Shown here: one piece after another, positions 22,637 to 34,544 of the stretch | Position numbering within the stretch: the first letter of the stretch is position 1 | How the letters are laid out: the number at the start of each line of letters is the position of its first letter | Assembly: GCA_013416795.1 (NCBI GenBank) | Contig: RQSC01000056.1 | Span: forward strand, 35,621 to 99,620 | DNA: 64,000 nt | Reading direction: 5' to 3' | DNA from: Prasinococcaceae sp. CCMP 1430 | Taxonomy: Eukaryota; Plantae; Prasinodermophyta | Notes under the pieces: generated by a model | The model's input: the letters and a program-made list of their open reading frames with translations, nothing else | What the model was told of the DNA's origin: nothing | The model's database searches: none | Position numbers and translations under genes: made by a program

Positions 22637-24436
22637 TCAGGGCGCTCGGAGCGCGCGGGCGATGGCGGCGGTGGCGGCCTCGGCGGCGCGGCCGCCGCGG
22701 CCGAGCGAGGCGTACGCGGGGGTCTGCATCTCCAGCAGGCGGGAGGCGGCGCGCGCGAAGGCGAACTTCTCCTGCGTGCCGCCCAGGTGCGACGCGGCGC
22801 CCCTGGCGAGCGTCGCAGTGGGCGCGGAGACGGTCAGGTCCCGGCGCGACCGCGCGCCCTCCACGTCGCCCTCGAACTGCAGCTGCTCGAGGTCGACCAG
22901 CGGCGTGTCGTCCCCCTCAATGCCGGCGAAGAGCGCCGCGGGCGGCGCGGCGGCGCGCACCACCAGCGCCGTGCGGTGGTTGTACGCCTCGTCCACCAGC
23001 GTGATGAAGCGACGCGCCAGGTCGCGGTTGTGCACGCCCATCGGCGGCACGCCGTCCATGAGCACCACGTCGAATGCCGAGCACAGGGCGATGTAGTCCG
23101 CCGCCCCGCGCGGCTCGGACGCGCACATGTCGTCGAAGGACACCACCGCCGTGCGCCCGCGCGCGCGGGGCACGCGTATCGTGCGGCCGAACATGACGGG
23201 GACGTCCGCGGGGCCCTCCTCCGCCACCTCCTCCCCCGCGCCCCCGCCGTCGCTGCCCGCCGCCGCCGCCGCCGCGAGCGCCGCCTCCGCCGCGCTGTAA
23301 AATGCGCCCTCGGTGAGCCCGTTGAGCGGATGGAGGAAGCGCGGCATGGCGTCCGTGGCGGCGTCGGCGCCGAGGGCCCCCTCGCCGCCGAGCGCACTCG
23401 CCGCCGCCTCCCGCCGGAAGTCGAGCGTGGAGACGTCGTGCGGCGGCGCGCGCTCCGCGAGCGCCTCCAAGAAGCCGCTGAAGCGCGCCTCGTCGGCCAC
23501 CTGCTCGCCCGCGCACACGAGGTCGGCCGGCGCGCGGTTGGAGGTCGCCACCAGCAGCACGCCGCGCTCGAACAGCCGCGGCAGCAGCGAACTCACCGCG
23601 CTCGCGGTGAATATGTCGTTCACCTGCATCTCGTCGAAGCACAGCACCGAGAACGCGCCGCCGCGCGCCGAGCCGCGCCCACCCGCCAGCTCGTCCGCCA
23701 CCGCGTCCAGCACGAACGTGTACGGGTACGCGCCCTCGCCCTCGAGCGCCTCCTCGAGCTCCGACAGCGCGAGACGCTCCGCCTCGGCGGCGCCGTCGCC
23801 GTCGTCCTGGTCCGCTTCCGCCTCCCGCCCGCTCGCATCCTCGACCGCCCGGCGGTACTCTGCCGCGTCGCTCGCGGCCACGGCCTCGCGCAATAGCCTC
23901 GCCTTCTTGCCCAGGCGCTGCTCGGCGGCGTGCATGCGCGAGTGCAGCGCGAGGCTCCACTCGTTGAAGTGCACGCGGCGCACCGCGCGAGTGTGCGCGC
24001 GCGCGGCCGCGGCGAAGATGTCGAGCAGCATCGTCTTGCCCGTGCCCACCGGGCCGTGCAGGTACAGCCCCCGAGGCACGGTCGGCGCGGCCGGCGGCGG
24101 GCCTGCGGCGCGTCTGCCGTCCGGGCGTAATTTTTTGACATGTGTACAACTGAACGGCTCGAAAGTGCGCAGTGGGCCGCAGCCGCGATTGACAACGCCC
24201 CCGCTCCTTCCGACGCCGCCTGCAGCACCCCCCCGCTCCCGCACCCTGGGCGCCGCGGCCTGCGCCCCCCCCAAAAAGGGACAAAGTGGCCGCGCTTCTT
24301 GAAGAGGCCGATGAGCTGGACTCTCATGGATGGCCAGGAGGCGACCGTCGCCAACGCACTGGTTGGGCTCTGGACGACTGAGGGGCGGCGCGCGCGTCGT
24401 CCTCGGCGCTCTAGCTAGAGAGGCCCCGCTCGTCAA
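22637..24436 (-). CDS. AFG1/LACE1/ZapE-family ATPase
   Basis: GLYLHGPVGTGKTMLLD Walker A, RRVHFNEW, VLCFDEMQV Walker B, VATSNRAP, ARRFITLVDEAY, FAFARAASRLLEMQ; 5' structure uncertain. Confidence 0.92.
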   Translation of the reverse strand: MTSGASLARAPRTTRAPPLSRPEPNQCVGDGRLLAIHESPAHRPLQEARPLCPFLGGAQAAAPRVRERGGAAGGVGRSGGVVNRGCGPLRTFEPFSCTHVKKLRPDGRRAAGPPPAAPTVPRGLYLHGPVGTGKTMLLDIFAAAARAHTRAVRRVHFNEWSLALHSRMHAAEQRLGKKARLLREAVAASDAAEYRRAVEDASGREAEADQDDGDGAAEAERLALSELEEALEGEGAYPYTFVLDAVADELAGGRGSARGGAFSVLCFDEMQVNDIFTASAVSSLLPRLFERGVLLVATSNRAPADLVCAGEQVADEARFSGFLEALAERAPPHDVSTLDFRREAAASALGGEGALGADAATDAMPRFLHPLNGLTEGAFYSAAEAALAAAAAAGSDGGGAGEEVAEEGPADVPVMFGRTIRVPRARGRTAVVSFDDMCASEPRGAADYIALCSAFDVVLMDGVPPMGVHNRDLARRFITLVDEAYNHRTALVVRAAAPPAALFAGIEGDDTPLVDLEQLQFEGDVEGARSRRDLTVSAPTATLARGAASHLGGTQEKFAFARAASRLLEMQTPAYASLGRGGRAAEAATAAIARALRAP

Positions 24437-24520
24437 AATCGGAGCAAAATTGCCGGCTGCTTCTGTTATTATTCGCGGCGCGCCATGCCGGTGGCGCCCG
24501 CCGCCCGCCTGTGCGCGAGT

Positions 24521-24914
24521 TCACACAGCGGCGGCCCCTGTTGCGATGGTCACGGCAGGTTGGCGTTGGCGATCCCCCCACCGCCACCGGCTCTGCGCCG
24601 GCTGCCCCTGCTCCTGCGACCGCCCCGCGACTTCGTCGTTTGCATCGTGCTGCTGGCCGGGCCTCGGGGAGCCAAGCTGCCGCAAGGCGTCCTCGCCCGA
24701 CGCGAACAGAACCTTGAGCGTCTCGTATGAGCCAAAGAAGATTGCGCCCTGCGTGGCGTATATGAACAGCCGCGGCGCTAGCCCTCTGTACAGCGCCCAG
24801 AAGCCCTCCGTGCGCACGATGTGCCGAATCGCCACGAGCGGATTGCGCGTGTCGATGCCGAGCGTGCCGGTCATGATCTTCGTCTTGACGGTGTCGAAGG
24901 CGTGGCTGAAGAGC
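24521..24914 (-). CDS. C-terminal repeat of a mitochondrial carrier (SLC25); 5' part missing at the N at 24915
   Basis: HAFDTVKTKIM..IVRTEGFWALYRGLAPRL..GAIFFGSYETLK. Confidence 0.8.
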
Positions 24915-25309
24915 NCCCGCGTCGCGCGCGGGCGCGCGGCGTTCGGCCGCGCGCGCGCCCGCCCCGTAGGGATTCCATTGGATTCGTCAGGATTCCATCA
25001 CATTCCGCACGGCGCGCGCGCGCGCATGCCACCACTCAATACATTAATAGCTTGGTATAATGACCCCACGGGCGATCACTCCTCGACCGTGCAAATGAAC
25101 AGACGGTGATTCGTCACGAGTCAATGGTACCATCAGATGGCACTCCCGTGTGCCGCCTCGCACCGACCGCGCGGCGCTCTTTACGGTACGACCCACAACA
25201 GGGTTGCCATCATCGGACATTTTCATCTCTTTTGAGGTGGAGATCGGAGGCGGTCCCGGTTCGGAGTTTGGGGGCGCGCGCGCGAATGCGCGAGCGCGTG
25301 CGTTTCGAT

Positions 25310-25475
25310 GGGCCGTCGCGCCGCGGATTCGGATTCGACATAAAGAGTCTCCCGTGAGTTGGAATGATACTATGATGCTACAGCAGGTATTTTGAAGGGC
25401 CGTCGCGCGGCGGATTCGGATTCGACATAAAGAGTCTCCCGTGGGTCGGAATGATCCTATGATGCTACAGCAGGT
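25310..25475. repeat. Imperfect tandem duplication, about 79-bp unit with 87-bp period
   Basis: GGGCCGTCGCG..GGATTCGGATTCGACATAAAGAGTCTCCCGTG..GGAATGAT.CTATGATGCTACAGCAGGT at 25310 and 25397. Confidence 0.9.
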
Positions 25476-26244
25476 CACTAGTTCAAAACGCATCCGGATT
25501 CGGATGCGGAATCCGCGCCGATCGGCGCCGCGCGGCGCCCCCTCCCTGCCCCGCCCGGCGGCACCGCCTTCGCGCGATATTTTGGCGGGAAAACGCCGCC
25601 ATCAAAACGCAGGCGCGCCGCGCGCGCGCCGCCATCAAAACGCACGCGCGCGCGCGCGCGCGCGNNNNNNNNNNNNNNNNNNNNNNNNNNNNNNNNNNNN
25701 NNNNNNNNNNNNNNNNNNNNNNNNNNNNNNNNNNNNNNNNNNNNNNNNNNNNNNNNNNNNNNNNNNNNNNNNNNNNNNNNNNNNNNNNNNNNNNNNNNNN
25801 NNNNNNNNNNNNNNNNNNNNNNNNNNNNNNNNNNNNNNNNNNNNNNNNNNNNNNNNNNNNNNNNNNNNNNNNNNNNNNNNNNNNNNNNNNNNNNNNNNNN
25901 NNNNNNNNNNNNNNNNNNNNNNNNNNNNNNNNNNNNNNNNNNNNNNNNNNNNNNNNNNNNNNNNNNNNNNNNNNNNNNNNNNNNNNNNNNNNNNNNNNNN
26001 NNNNNNNNNNNNNNNNNNNNNNNNNNNNNNNNNNNNNNNNNNNNNNNNNNNNNNNNNNNNNNNNNNNNNNNNNNNNNNNNNNNNNNNNNNNNNNNNNNNN
26101 NNNNNNNNNNNNNNNNNNNNNNNNNNNNNNNNNNNNNNNNNNNNNNNNNNNNNNNNNNNNNNNNNNNNNNNNNNNNNNNNNNNNNNNNNNNNNNNNNNNN
26201 NNNNNNNNNNNNNNNNNNNNNNNNNNNNNNNNNNNNNNNNNNNN

Positions 26245-26680
26245 CCGTCGGCGCGCGGGCCTCGCTGATGGCGGAGCCGTCGCGCGCGGCGTCGCCCGCC
26301 ACCGTGGGGTTCAACGCGCACGCGCTCGTCGGCGGCATGCCCGCGGCGGCGCTCGCGAGCGGCGCGCCCTTCGCGAGGGAGGGCATCGTCATCTCGTCGC
26401 CCTTCGGCTCGCCCATCAAGCCGCGGGCGCGCATGATGACGCCCATGTCGCCCTCGCCCGTCGGCGCGCGGGCCTCGCTGATGGCGGAGCCGTCGCGCGC
26501 GGCGTCGCCCGCCACCGTGGGGTTCAACGCGCACGCGCTCGTCGGCGGCATGCCCGCGGCGGCGCTCGCGAGCGGCGCGCCCTTCGCGAGGGAGGGCATC
26601 GTCATCTCGTCGCCCTTCGGCTCGCCCATCAAGCCGCTGGCGCGCATGATGACGCCCATGTCGCCCTCGCCCGTCGGCGC
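26245..26680. repeat. 213-bp near-perfect tandem duplication (71 codons)
   Basis: Units start at 26245 and 26458, with a short partial at 26671; I saw one difference (ccgcgg/ccgctg). Confidence 0.92.
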
Positions 26681-27338
26681 CATGCTGCCGACGGGCATGT
26701 CGCCGATCGCCATGAAGCATTTCGCGCCGCTGAGCCCCCTCAAACCCGGCGAGCTGGGGCTCGCGATGGGCATCGCCGGCGGCTTCGCCGGGCGCGGGGC
26801 CGCGGCGGTCGGCGCGCCGCCGGCGCTCGCGCGGTTCTCGGGCGCGGGCAGCATCGAGATGGACGGATCCCTCGGCGATTCCACCGATCGCCAGGTGCTG
26901 CTGGACGACCTCTTCACCGCCGAGCTGCTCGGGCCCGAGGGCAAGGGGGCGGCCAACGCACTCGCCGGCGCGGGGGCGCCCGGGACGCACCTCCGCAGCG
27001 ACGGCGGGAGCGGACAGCACGTCGAGTCGGGGGGCAGCGAGAGCTTCACCACGGGCGACGCGAGCGCGTGCACGCCGGGGACCATCCGCCGCCAGGGCAG
27101 CCTCAAACAGACCACCCGGAGCTCCGCGGACATGCGCCGCTCGTACGACGTCCTCGCCGTGGGGCGCAACGGCGGGTCGCGCGCGGTGGGGGCGACCGAC
27201 AGGCGGCGGCGGCCCGCGGCGTGGCGCGGATCCCTCGGACAGCTGGGCGACGGTCTGGTCGACCTTGACTCGCCCGACTCGAAGCGGCACTCGCTGGACG
27301 TGCGCAAGCTGGGCTCGGCTGCGCCGGTACGCCGATGA
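26245..27338 (+). CDS. C-terminal low-complexity Ser/Pro-rich region of an unknown protein; start in gap
   Basis: Open frame with GC3-rich codons and many SP/TP sites; contains a 213-bp duplication. Confidence 0.55.
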
Positions 27339-28019
27339 GCGACCGGGCGCGCCCCCTTGCGCCCCGCGTGGCTGCGCACGAAGCACGCACTGCACGCGGA
27401 CTCTACGACATTGAGAACGAAAGCACGGCTCGGCTCGGTGGTCGCATATGCGCCCGAGCGAGGCACTTCATAGGCGGCGCGACGCGCGGCGCGCAGTTGA
27501 TTCCCGCCGCAACCCGCACGAGCGCTGGACCAGCAGACAAGGGGCCTCCCTGCTGCCGTCGGGGTGTGAACAGCGCATCATCATGAACAATAATCTAGCA
27601 CAGCTTGACACACGCTCTGTCCGCACCGCGTGCTCACCCAGCGCCACGAGCTCCGCCGCGCGCGAGACGCCTGCGCGCCCCCACGCGGCGACCTTCCACG
27701 CTCGCGCCCCGCGCCGCCCGTGCTCACGGCCCTCGGCCCGGCCAGGTCACAGCCCGCCGGCGCGCGCGGCGCGAGGCTCTGGGACACACAGAGAGAAAGG
27801 GTGAGGGATTTGATTGAGGTTTCATGTACCCTAAATACGTGCTCGTGACTTCGTATGAATTTGAATGTGTGTGTATTTTAGACCCTGATTGAACGCTGGC
27901 TGGGAGAAAAAGCGCGGGGGTGCTGCGCGCATGCGCGTGCGGCTCGCTCGCGCGCTCGCCATTGATTGCGCGCGCGGCGCCGGCGGCGCGCACCCCCTGG
28001 CTTGCCGGCGTTGGCCGCG

Positions 28020-28920
28020 ATGGGGCCGAAGAAGAAGGTGGACCCGAAGGAGGCCAAGGCGGCCGCCAAGGCCAAGGCCGAGAAGCGCCAGAAGGTGCGC
28101 GGCGCGGCGCGGCGCGGCGCAGCTGCGCGCGGGGCGATGCGGGAGGGGCCGCGCGGCGCGCGGCCGGCCGGGCGCCTTGCGACTCGCGTTGCTGACGCCA
28201 ATGCCGCGCCGCCGTCCGCGAGCGCAGGAGGCGGCGGACAAGACGTTCGGCCTCAAGAACAAGAACAAGAGCAAGAAGGTGCAGGCGTTCGTCAATGACG
28301 TCAACCGCAGCGCGACCATGCAGGCCAAAAAGAAGGGCGAGGCGAGGGAGAAGCCGCTGACGCTTGCCGAGAAGCGCAAGCTGAAGGCCGAGCAGGAGAA
28401 GGCCAAGCATGAAATGGCCATGCTGTTCAAGGAGGTGCCGAAGTCCAAGAACGAGCAGCAGGTGGCGGCGAAGGAGGAGGAGGAGGACCTGTCACACCTG
28501 TCGCTGGAGGAGTGGATCGAGCACAAGCGCGCGGGGCTGGGGCTGTCGAGCGGCGCGCGCGTGCTCCTGACAGACGCGTCCTTCAAGGAGTGGCGGGACA
28601 GGATCAACGCGGAGCGCAAACGGGCGGAGGAAGAAGAGCGGGCGAAGCGCTTCAAGGGCAACCGCCTCACGGGCCGGGAGTTCTTCGCGCAGGCCAACCC
28701 CGACACCTTCACAAAGGACGACGAAGAGGGCGGCGTCGACCTGCGGCAAGAGTACGGCAAGGCGAGCTCCGACATCGACTCCGAGGAGGAGCCCGAGGAG
28801 CTCACGGCAGCGGACGAGGCGGCGCTCGAGGCGCTCGACGAGGCGGACCTCGCGGCGCTGGAGGGCGCCGACGCCGACGCGCTCGCCGCGGAGCTCGAGG
28901 GCGCCGCCATCGCCGAGTGA
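28020..28920 (+). CDS. ZC3H15/Tma46 (DFRP1)-like DRG regulator lacking CCCH fingers
   Basis: DKTFGLKNKNKSKKVQAFV, SLEEWIEHKRAGL, LT..SFKEW, LTGREFF; intron 28095-28227. Confidence 0.85.
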
Positions 28921-29339
28921 GGCGTGCCGCTATACCCGCGCGTGCACGCGCGCGCCGCCGCGCGCATGGCTTGCGCACAGAAGGACGCGTCGCCGCCGGC
29001 CGCGCCAGGCACGGGCGGCGCGCCACCCTAATTGCGAATAATGATGGGAGCGTACTGTACACGCACCGAGAGGCTCTGGCGCGGGCGAGCGTGCGCGACG
29101 GGATCGCGACCCGTTTCTGTCCCGGGCGACCGCGGGTGCGATGGGCGGCGCGGCGTGGCGACCGGGGAGGGCACGAGCGCGCGCGGCGCGCGCCCACGCG
29201 GCGCGCGGCAGTGGGAGTCTGTGCGCGCGAGCGTGTGAGAGTACAATGGGGTGCGTTACATATCAAGTGTACAACCGTGCGCACGTGCCTGTTCTTGAGC
29301 AACCAGGGGGCAGCTCGTCCCTCGCTCGCACTCGAGCGC

Positions 29340-30086
29340 TCACGCCCAGCCCTCGACGTTGTGGGCCTTGGCCGCCGCGGCGCGCTGGAAATCGTCCAGC
29401 GAGGCCTCGCGCTCCGCTCGTCGGCGCGCGCGCACCGCGCTGAGGTTCCTGAGCTGCGCTTTGGCGTGGGCGGCCATCTGCGCCGCCTGGGCCGGCGTGA
29501 TGCGCTCGCGCGTCTCCTCTCCGTAGATGGGGTCGTCCCCGGCGATGTTGAAGTCCGCGCGCCTGTTGGGCTTGTCCCGCCCGGTCTTCCTCGCCTGCCG
29601 TCGCTGCGCCGCCTTGGCGCGCAGGCCCGCCATCTGCATCGCGGTGCGCTCCTTGGGCGACATCGGCGTGCCGTCGGCGGGCCTGCCCCCGAGGCCCCCG
29701 CCGTTGCGCACAAAGTTGCGCCACTCCTCCCACGCGCTCCGCCCGCGCGGCAAGCGGCCCACCCTGCGCTGCGCGTCGTACGCGGTCCGCGTCACGTCGT
29801 CGCTGAGCAGGTCGAAGGCGAGCTTGAGCGCCAGGAAGCGCTCCGTCGCCGTGGCCTCGCACGCCGCCACGTCCGCGCCGCCCAGCGCGCACATCCGGTC
29901 CGGGTGGAGCTCCTTGGCCGCTCGCCGGTACGCGCCCCTGATCGCCGCGCTGTCCGCCGAGGGCGTCACGCCGAGCTCGGCGTACAGGTCGGGCCCGGGC
30001 CGATCGACCGACCGCGCGCCGGACGCCGACGCTGCGGATCGCCGCACGGACGCCCGCCTCCCCCTCCGCCCGCGCGCCCATGCCAT
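29340..30086 (-). CDS. J-domain (DnaJ type III) protein, probably organellar
   Basis: DLYAELGV..IRGAYRRAAKELHPD..FLALKLAFDLLSD..RTAYD. Confidence 0.88.
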   Translation of the reverse strand: MAWARGRRGRRASVRRSAASASGARSVDRPGPDLYAELGVTPSADSAAIRGAYRRAAKELHPDRMCALGGADVAACEATATERFLALKLAFDLLSDDVTRTAYDAQRRVGRLPRGRSAWEEWRNFVRNGGGLGGRPADGTPMSPKERTAMQMAGLRAKAAQRRQARKTGRDKPNRRADFNIAGDDPIYGEETRERITPAQAAQMAAHAKAQLRNLSAVRARRRAEREASLDDFQRAAAAKAHNVEGWA

Positions 30087-30958
30087 CGTCGTTCATTCGC
30101 TCCGCGTGTGTGTGCCGATGCGTCGCAGGCGGGCGAGGGGCTCCGCCGTCGCCTTCCCCCCCGCGCGGCGGCTCCAAAAAACGCGCGCGCGCGCGTCGAC
30201 CGCTTTCCGCAGTTCTCCCCCCGCGCGCCGCGCGTGCGTTCCCGCACGCGCTTTCGCGGAACGCGCGCGGCGAAACGCCGACGATTCCGCGCGCTCGTCG
30301 CGCCCGCTTTTCCCACGCACGCGGTGACTCAGCGGCCTCGGCGCCGGCCACACGCGCGACAAAAATCCCGCATTTCGCGCACATTTTACGCTCTTTGTTA
30401 GCTCTTTTCCATATCTTTTGACCTCGTATACTTTCTGGAATTATTGGGATGTTGTCAGACACATCCGTAAAATCGAATATTCCCGCATGCACTCCCTCCC
30501 CCCTGGCGCGCGCAACCGTCGCGGCACGCGGGGGACCGCACGCGTGCGTTTTGATGGGACACAGGTCAAAATCAACGCGGAGGGCGCGTTTTGCCATAAA
30601 AATCAACGCGAGGCGCGGGCGCAAGTCAAAGGGCATGCGAGCATGCGGGAAGCTTCCACTGTTGAACCCTCAACCGTAAATCTGCCTTCTGAGGGGTGGG
30701 AGGTTGGGGTTGTGTGGAGTTTGCGCCGGAAGCGTGACAGCGGGCGCACCGAGCCCGGTGCGGGCTGTCTGGGACCGCGCGCGCACACGCAGGCCAGGCC
30801 CGGTGGGAGGCATACGCTCCCACTGCGCCAACCGCGCGCGCCACTCTGAGGGCGTCACCGAGCGAGGCGGCGCCATATTGCGCGCGCGCGTGCGCCAACG
30901 TGGGAGCCTGGCAGGGCAGCGGGCGACAAAGGTTGTGTGGTCTCTGTCTTCGGCGGCC

Positions 30959-32034
30959 ATGCGCAGTGACAGCGTGCTGGCGTCGAGCGACGATGACTCC
31001 GCCGAGCAGCCCGAGGCCGCGCTTCTGAGCGCTGGGCTCGACAGCGCCGCCGCCGAGCCCGCCGTTGAGCTGGAGGCGGCGCCGCAGGCCACGGGCGCCT
31101 CGCGTGGCGACCGGGAGTATGCGGCCTTGCCACTCGAAGACGAGCAAGAAGTTGAAACGGAGGCACCGCCCGAGCAAGCCATGCAGCCGCCTTCCCAGCC
31201 AGTATTGCAGCCTGGTGTCTTCCAAGTAGATGCACCTGATCGCCCCCTGTCGCTCTGGTACCTCCCGTGCTGCAACGTCGCGAACGACTCCATGTGCCTG
31301 TACTACACAATGTGCTCTCACTGCGCGCACGGTCCGTGCGCGCACGGTACGCGGCGCGTTTGTTCATTATGTGACGGCCGAGCTCCCACCTCACGGCTGG
31401 CCGGCTGACACTCTGAGGCGCTCGCGTTGGAACCACACTGACGCCCATGTTCTCCTTTGCACTCATAGCCGACACCTATGCCGCGTTCGATGCGGTTGAG
31501 TTGCTCGATCAAGGGGATGGCTCTGAGATCGACGACGACACAGTCCGAGAGACGCTCGCAGACGAGTTCACTGCCGGCACTACCTGTCTCAATCCTAATG
31601 ACAGTCAGTGCATCTTCATGCGCCTTATGGCAGTGCCGTGCATCGCATGCATGGGTGTGACGGTTGGCCTCGGCTTATTCGTCCCTGACACGGGCTTTGA
31701 CTGTTGCACACCATGTTCCGCTTGTTGCGGCCTTCTGCGGTGGCCGTTAGTGTGCCTGCTTAATTGCGGCCAACCATATGCGGCGACCGTCTTTGGTCTG
31801 CTCGGTGGGTACGACCTGCTGTTTTTTGTTTCGCGTGCTTGCGTCGCCTACCCAAGGCGTCGCCGACTGAGAGAACGCTACGGCATTCCTGCAAGCCAGA
31901 ACCTGTGCGGGTCCGACCTGCTTACCAAACTCGTCTGCTGGCACTGCTCGGTAAGTCAGGAGCACAGTTTCGTGCGATCCAAGTACCTCGAGGCGTGCGA
32001 CCGACTACGAGCGGCAAGAGGGCACGGCGAGTGA
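30959..32034 (+). CDS. PLAC8-family cysteine-rich membrane protein
   Basis: CC..MCLYYTMCSHC N-motif and RRRLRERYGI..DLLTKLVCWHCSVSQE C-motif; intron at about 31348-31468. Confidence 0.72.
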
Positions 32035-32370
32035 CTCGCAGTGAGCGTACAGGGAAAATAGTGCACGCCCAACGCTGCCTGCCATACTACTGTGCTAAGC
32101 CTGGAGGGGCATGCGCAGTCGTATCATGGCTGGCGACTGTTGGCACGCTTGGTGTTTACGACTCGTGCTGCTCACGGCTTGTGCCTTCCGACCGCTGTCG
32201 GCGGAGCTCTCTCCTGGCTAGGCGGGGGCGCGCGGCGGGCGCCACATGATCGCATCGCATCCGCATTTGCGCTTGGGCGTGCGCACATCCGAAGCTGGCC
32301 TCAGGCGGTGCCGAGACGTCCCCCGGCGGCGCCTCGACTCCTTTGGCGGCGGACGGAGACTCGGAGAGAG

Positions 32371-33735
32371 CTACTGCGACCGGAACAGGCCGAGCGACGG
32401 CATCCGCCACTCGCCGCCGCTGCGGAGCGGAAGCTCGGCCCACAGGGTGCAGATGCCGAAGCCGAAGAGCTGGTTCTTTCCCGATCCGGTATCTGGGCCG
32501 ACCAGCGCCGTGTCGACGGCCTCGGACTTGAGCAGCGCGTGCAGGTCGACAGCGGCCGCCACATCCTCGCCGGAGCGTCGCGCCACGCGGGAGCGCAGCA
32601 GCGCGGCCATCCCCGCGACGCAGGGCGAGGCCATCGACGTGCCGTCGTACTCAGCGTACCCGCCGCCCGGCACGCAGCTGATGACGTCCTGACCGTCCGC
32701 GGCGACGTCGACGCGCATGTTGGTGTTGGAGAAGAAGACTCCGTTCTGCGCCGCGGGCGTCACCTCGCCCGTCTCGTCATTGAACTCGCACGCCGCAACG
32801 GCCAGCGTTTCCGGGAAGTACGCGGGATACGAAATCTCGGGGTCCGAGAGGGCGTCCTTGAGCGACCGTGCCGTCTGCTCGTTGCCTGCGGCGGCGATCA
32901 ACGCCACGTTGCGGTCGCGCGCGTACTTCAGCGCCGCCTGCTGCGCATTAGATGGGAAGCCGCTGCCCAAGCTCATGTTGATGACGTGGCAGCCGTCATC
33001 CACGGCGTCCCTGATGGCATTGACGATGTCATCCGTGAAGCCCCTTCCGTCCGTACCGAGGACGCGGTAGTCGTACAGCTGCGCCCCTGGCGCCACGCCC
33101 GCGAGCAAGTTGTCCTTGGACGGCGCCGCGGCGATCGTGCCGGCGACGTGCGTGCCGTGGGGGTTGAAGGTGGAGGGGTCCTCGACCTTGCTGCGATCGC
33201 CGTTGGCGTTGCGCATGGCGACGTAGTCGCGGCGCCCGAGCAGCTTGCCCTTGAGCGCCGGGTGGCTGTCGTCGATGCCGGAGTCAATGACGCCAACGAC
33301 GGTGCCCTGGCCAGTCTGCCCCTGCAGCCAATACTGGGAGGCGCCGGTGAGCCAGACGGCAGTCGGGACGAAGACCTGCTCGGCTCCATCGAGGAGGCCG
33401 TCGCTTGCCGTGTGCGCCTTGAGCGCATTCGCGTCCACGTAGACGCCGTAGTGCGCGTCCAGGTTGGCCATGTCCTCCTTGGGGATCTCGTGCAAGGGCG
33501 CATCGCTGTCCCAGAGAGCGGGGGGAGGGCAGGGTCAGAATGCCGTCGGCGCCGCCCGCCACCACTGTGGGGCGTAGAGCGCTTGCTGGCTGGCGTGCTG
33601 GAGCGCTCGAACATGCGGCAGCTCATGTAATGAGTCGACATACGCATTGACGGGCAGTCGCACGTACCTCGGCAGAGTTGGTGCGCCATCGCCGCTCTGC
33701 TGCAGCAGCGGCTTGTCCTCCTCGCTGGTGCGCAT
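32371..33735 (-). CDS. Subtilisin-like S8 serine protease, intracellular (Isp-like)
   Basis: Triad VGVIDSG / HGTHVAGTIA / GTSMASPCVAG and oxyanion AAAGNE; probable first exon from ATG 33735 with acceptor at 33506-33508. Confidence 0.92.
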
Positions 33736-34544
33736 GTCGCCCTCGTGTTCGCTGCTGCCGCGTTTGGTGCTGCACGGGTGGACAGACCTGCGAGTGTCAG
33801 GCCTTGACCGTGCGCGTGCGGCGCGCGCGGGCGCTACCGCAGGCATGCTGCGCGCGCACGCCACCAGCATCGTCTGCTGCGCTGACCTGGTGGTTCGATC
33901 GAAGGCTCGAGGCTGGCTGCGTGGGCACGTCGTGCGTAGCACGGGGGTGGGAGGCGCGGTGCGGCGGGTACGCGGTGTGGCACACGCCCCCTCCATCCCG
34001 TCATGACACGCTTGGGAGCCGCGGCGAGCGCCGCGCGCTGCCGCGGCGTCGGCGCGCCGCGCTGCCGTGTTTCGCGTAAGACCCGCACCCAACCAGCTGA
34101 TATTGTAACGAACTTCTCGGAATGTGCCAACTCGAGCGTAGCGAATCGTGCGCCGAGCCGCACAGGCCAGCTGGCGCTCGACAGACCGCGCGTCGGCGCT
34201 TCCTCGTGGCGCCCGCGCGTATCTCCAGCGGATCCCCGCTCAGCGCGTGAAGGGCGCGAGTGTGTGTGGGCGTTTCGCCACGCTGCTGACTGGGCCGCAG
34301 CCGCGCGGCGAGCAGAAGCGCCTCGCTCAGCGTCGGTCGGGGAGGCTCAGGATAATGGCAATTTTGGCACGGTCACGAGCACCACGCGTGCTCCACGCAC
34401 CCACACGTGACGTTGTCGTTGACTTGGTGCTCCCCAAACAACCAGAAACTGTCATTTTGGTACGCAGTCCATTGCAGCTTGGAACGCGTATGGGACAGTT
34501 GGCTCCGTGCTCAGCTCAAGCTCCGAAGCTGGCGCGCACACTTC

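Noticed and set aside
25310-25475. CRISPR-like repeat array
   Set aside because: Only two long units with no unique spacers, no cas genes, and a eukaryotic context
25478-27466. 662-aa minus-strand ORF
   Set aside because: Spans an N gap and is antisense to the frame with coding-like codon usage
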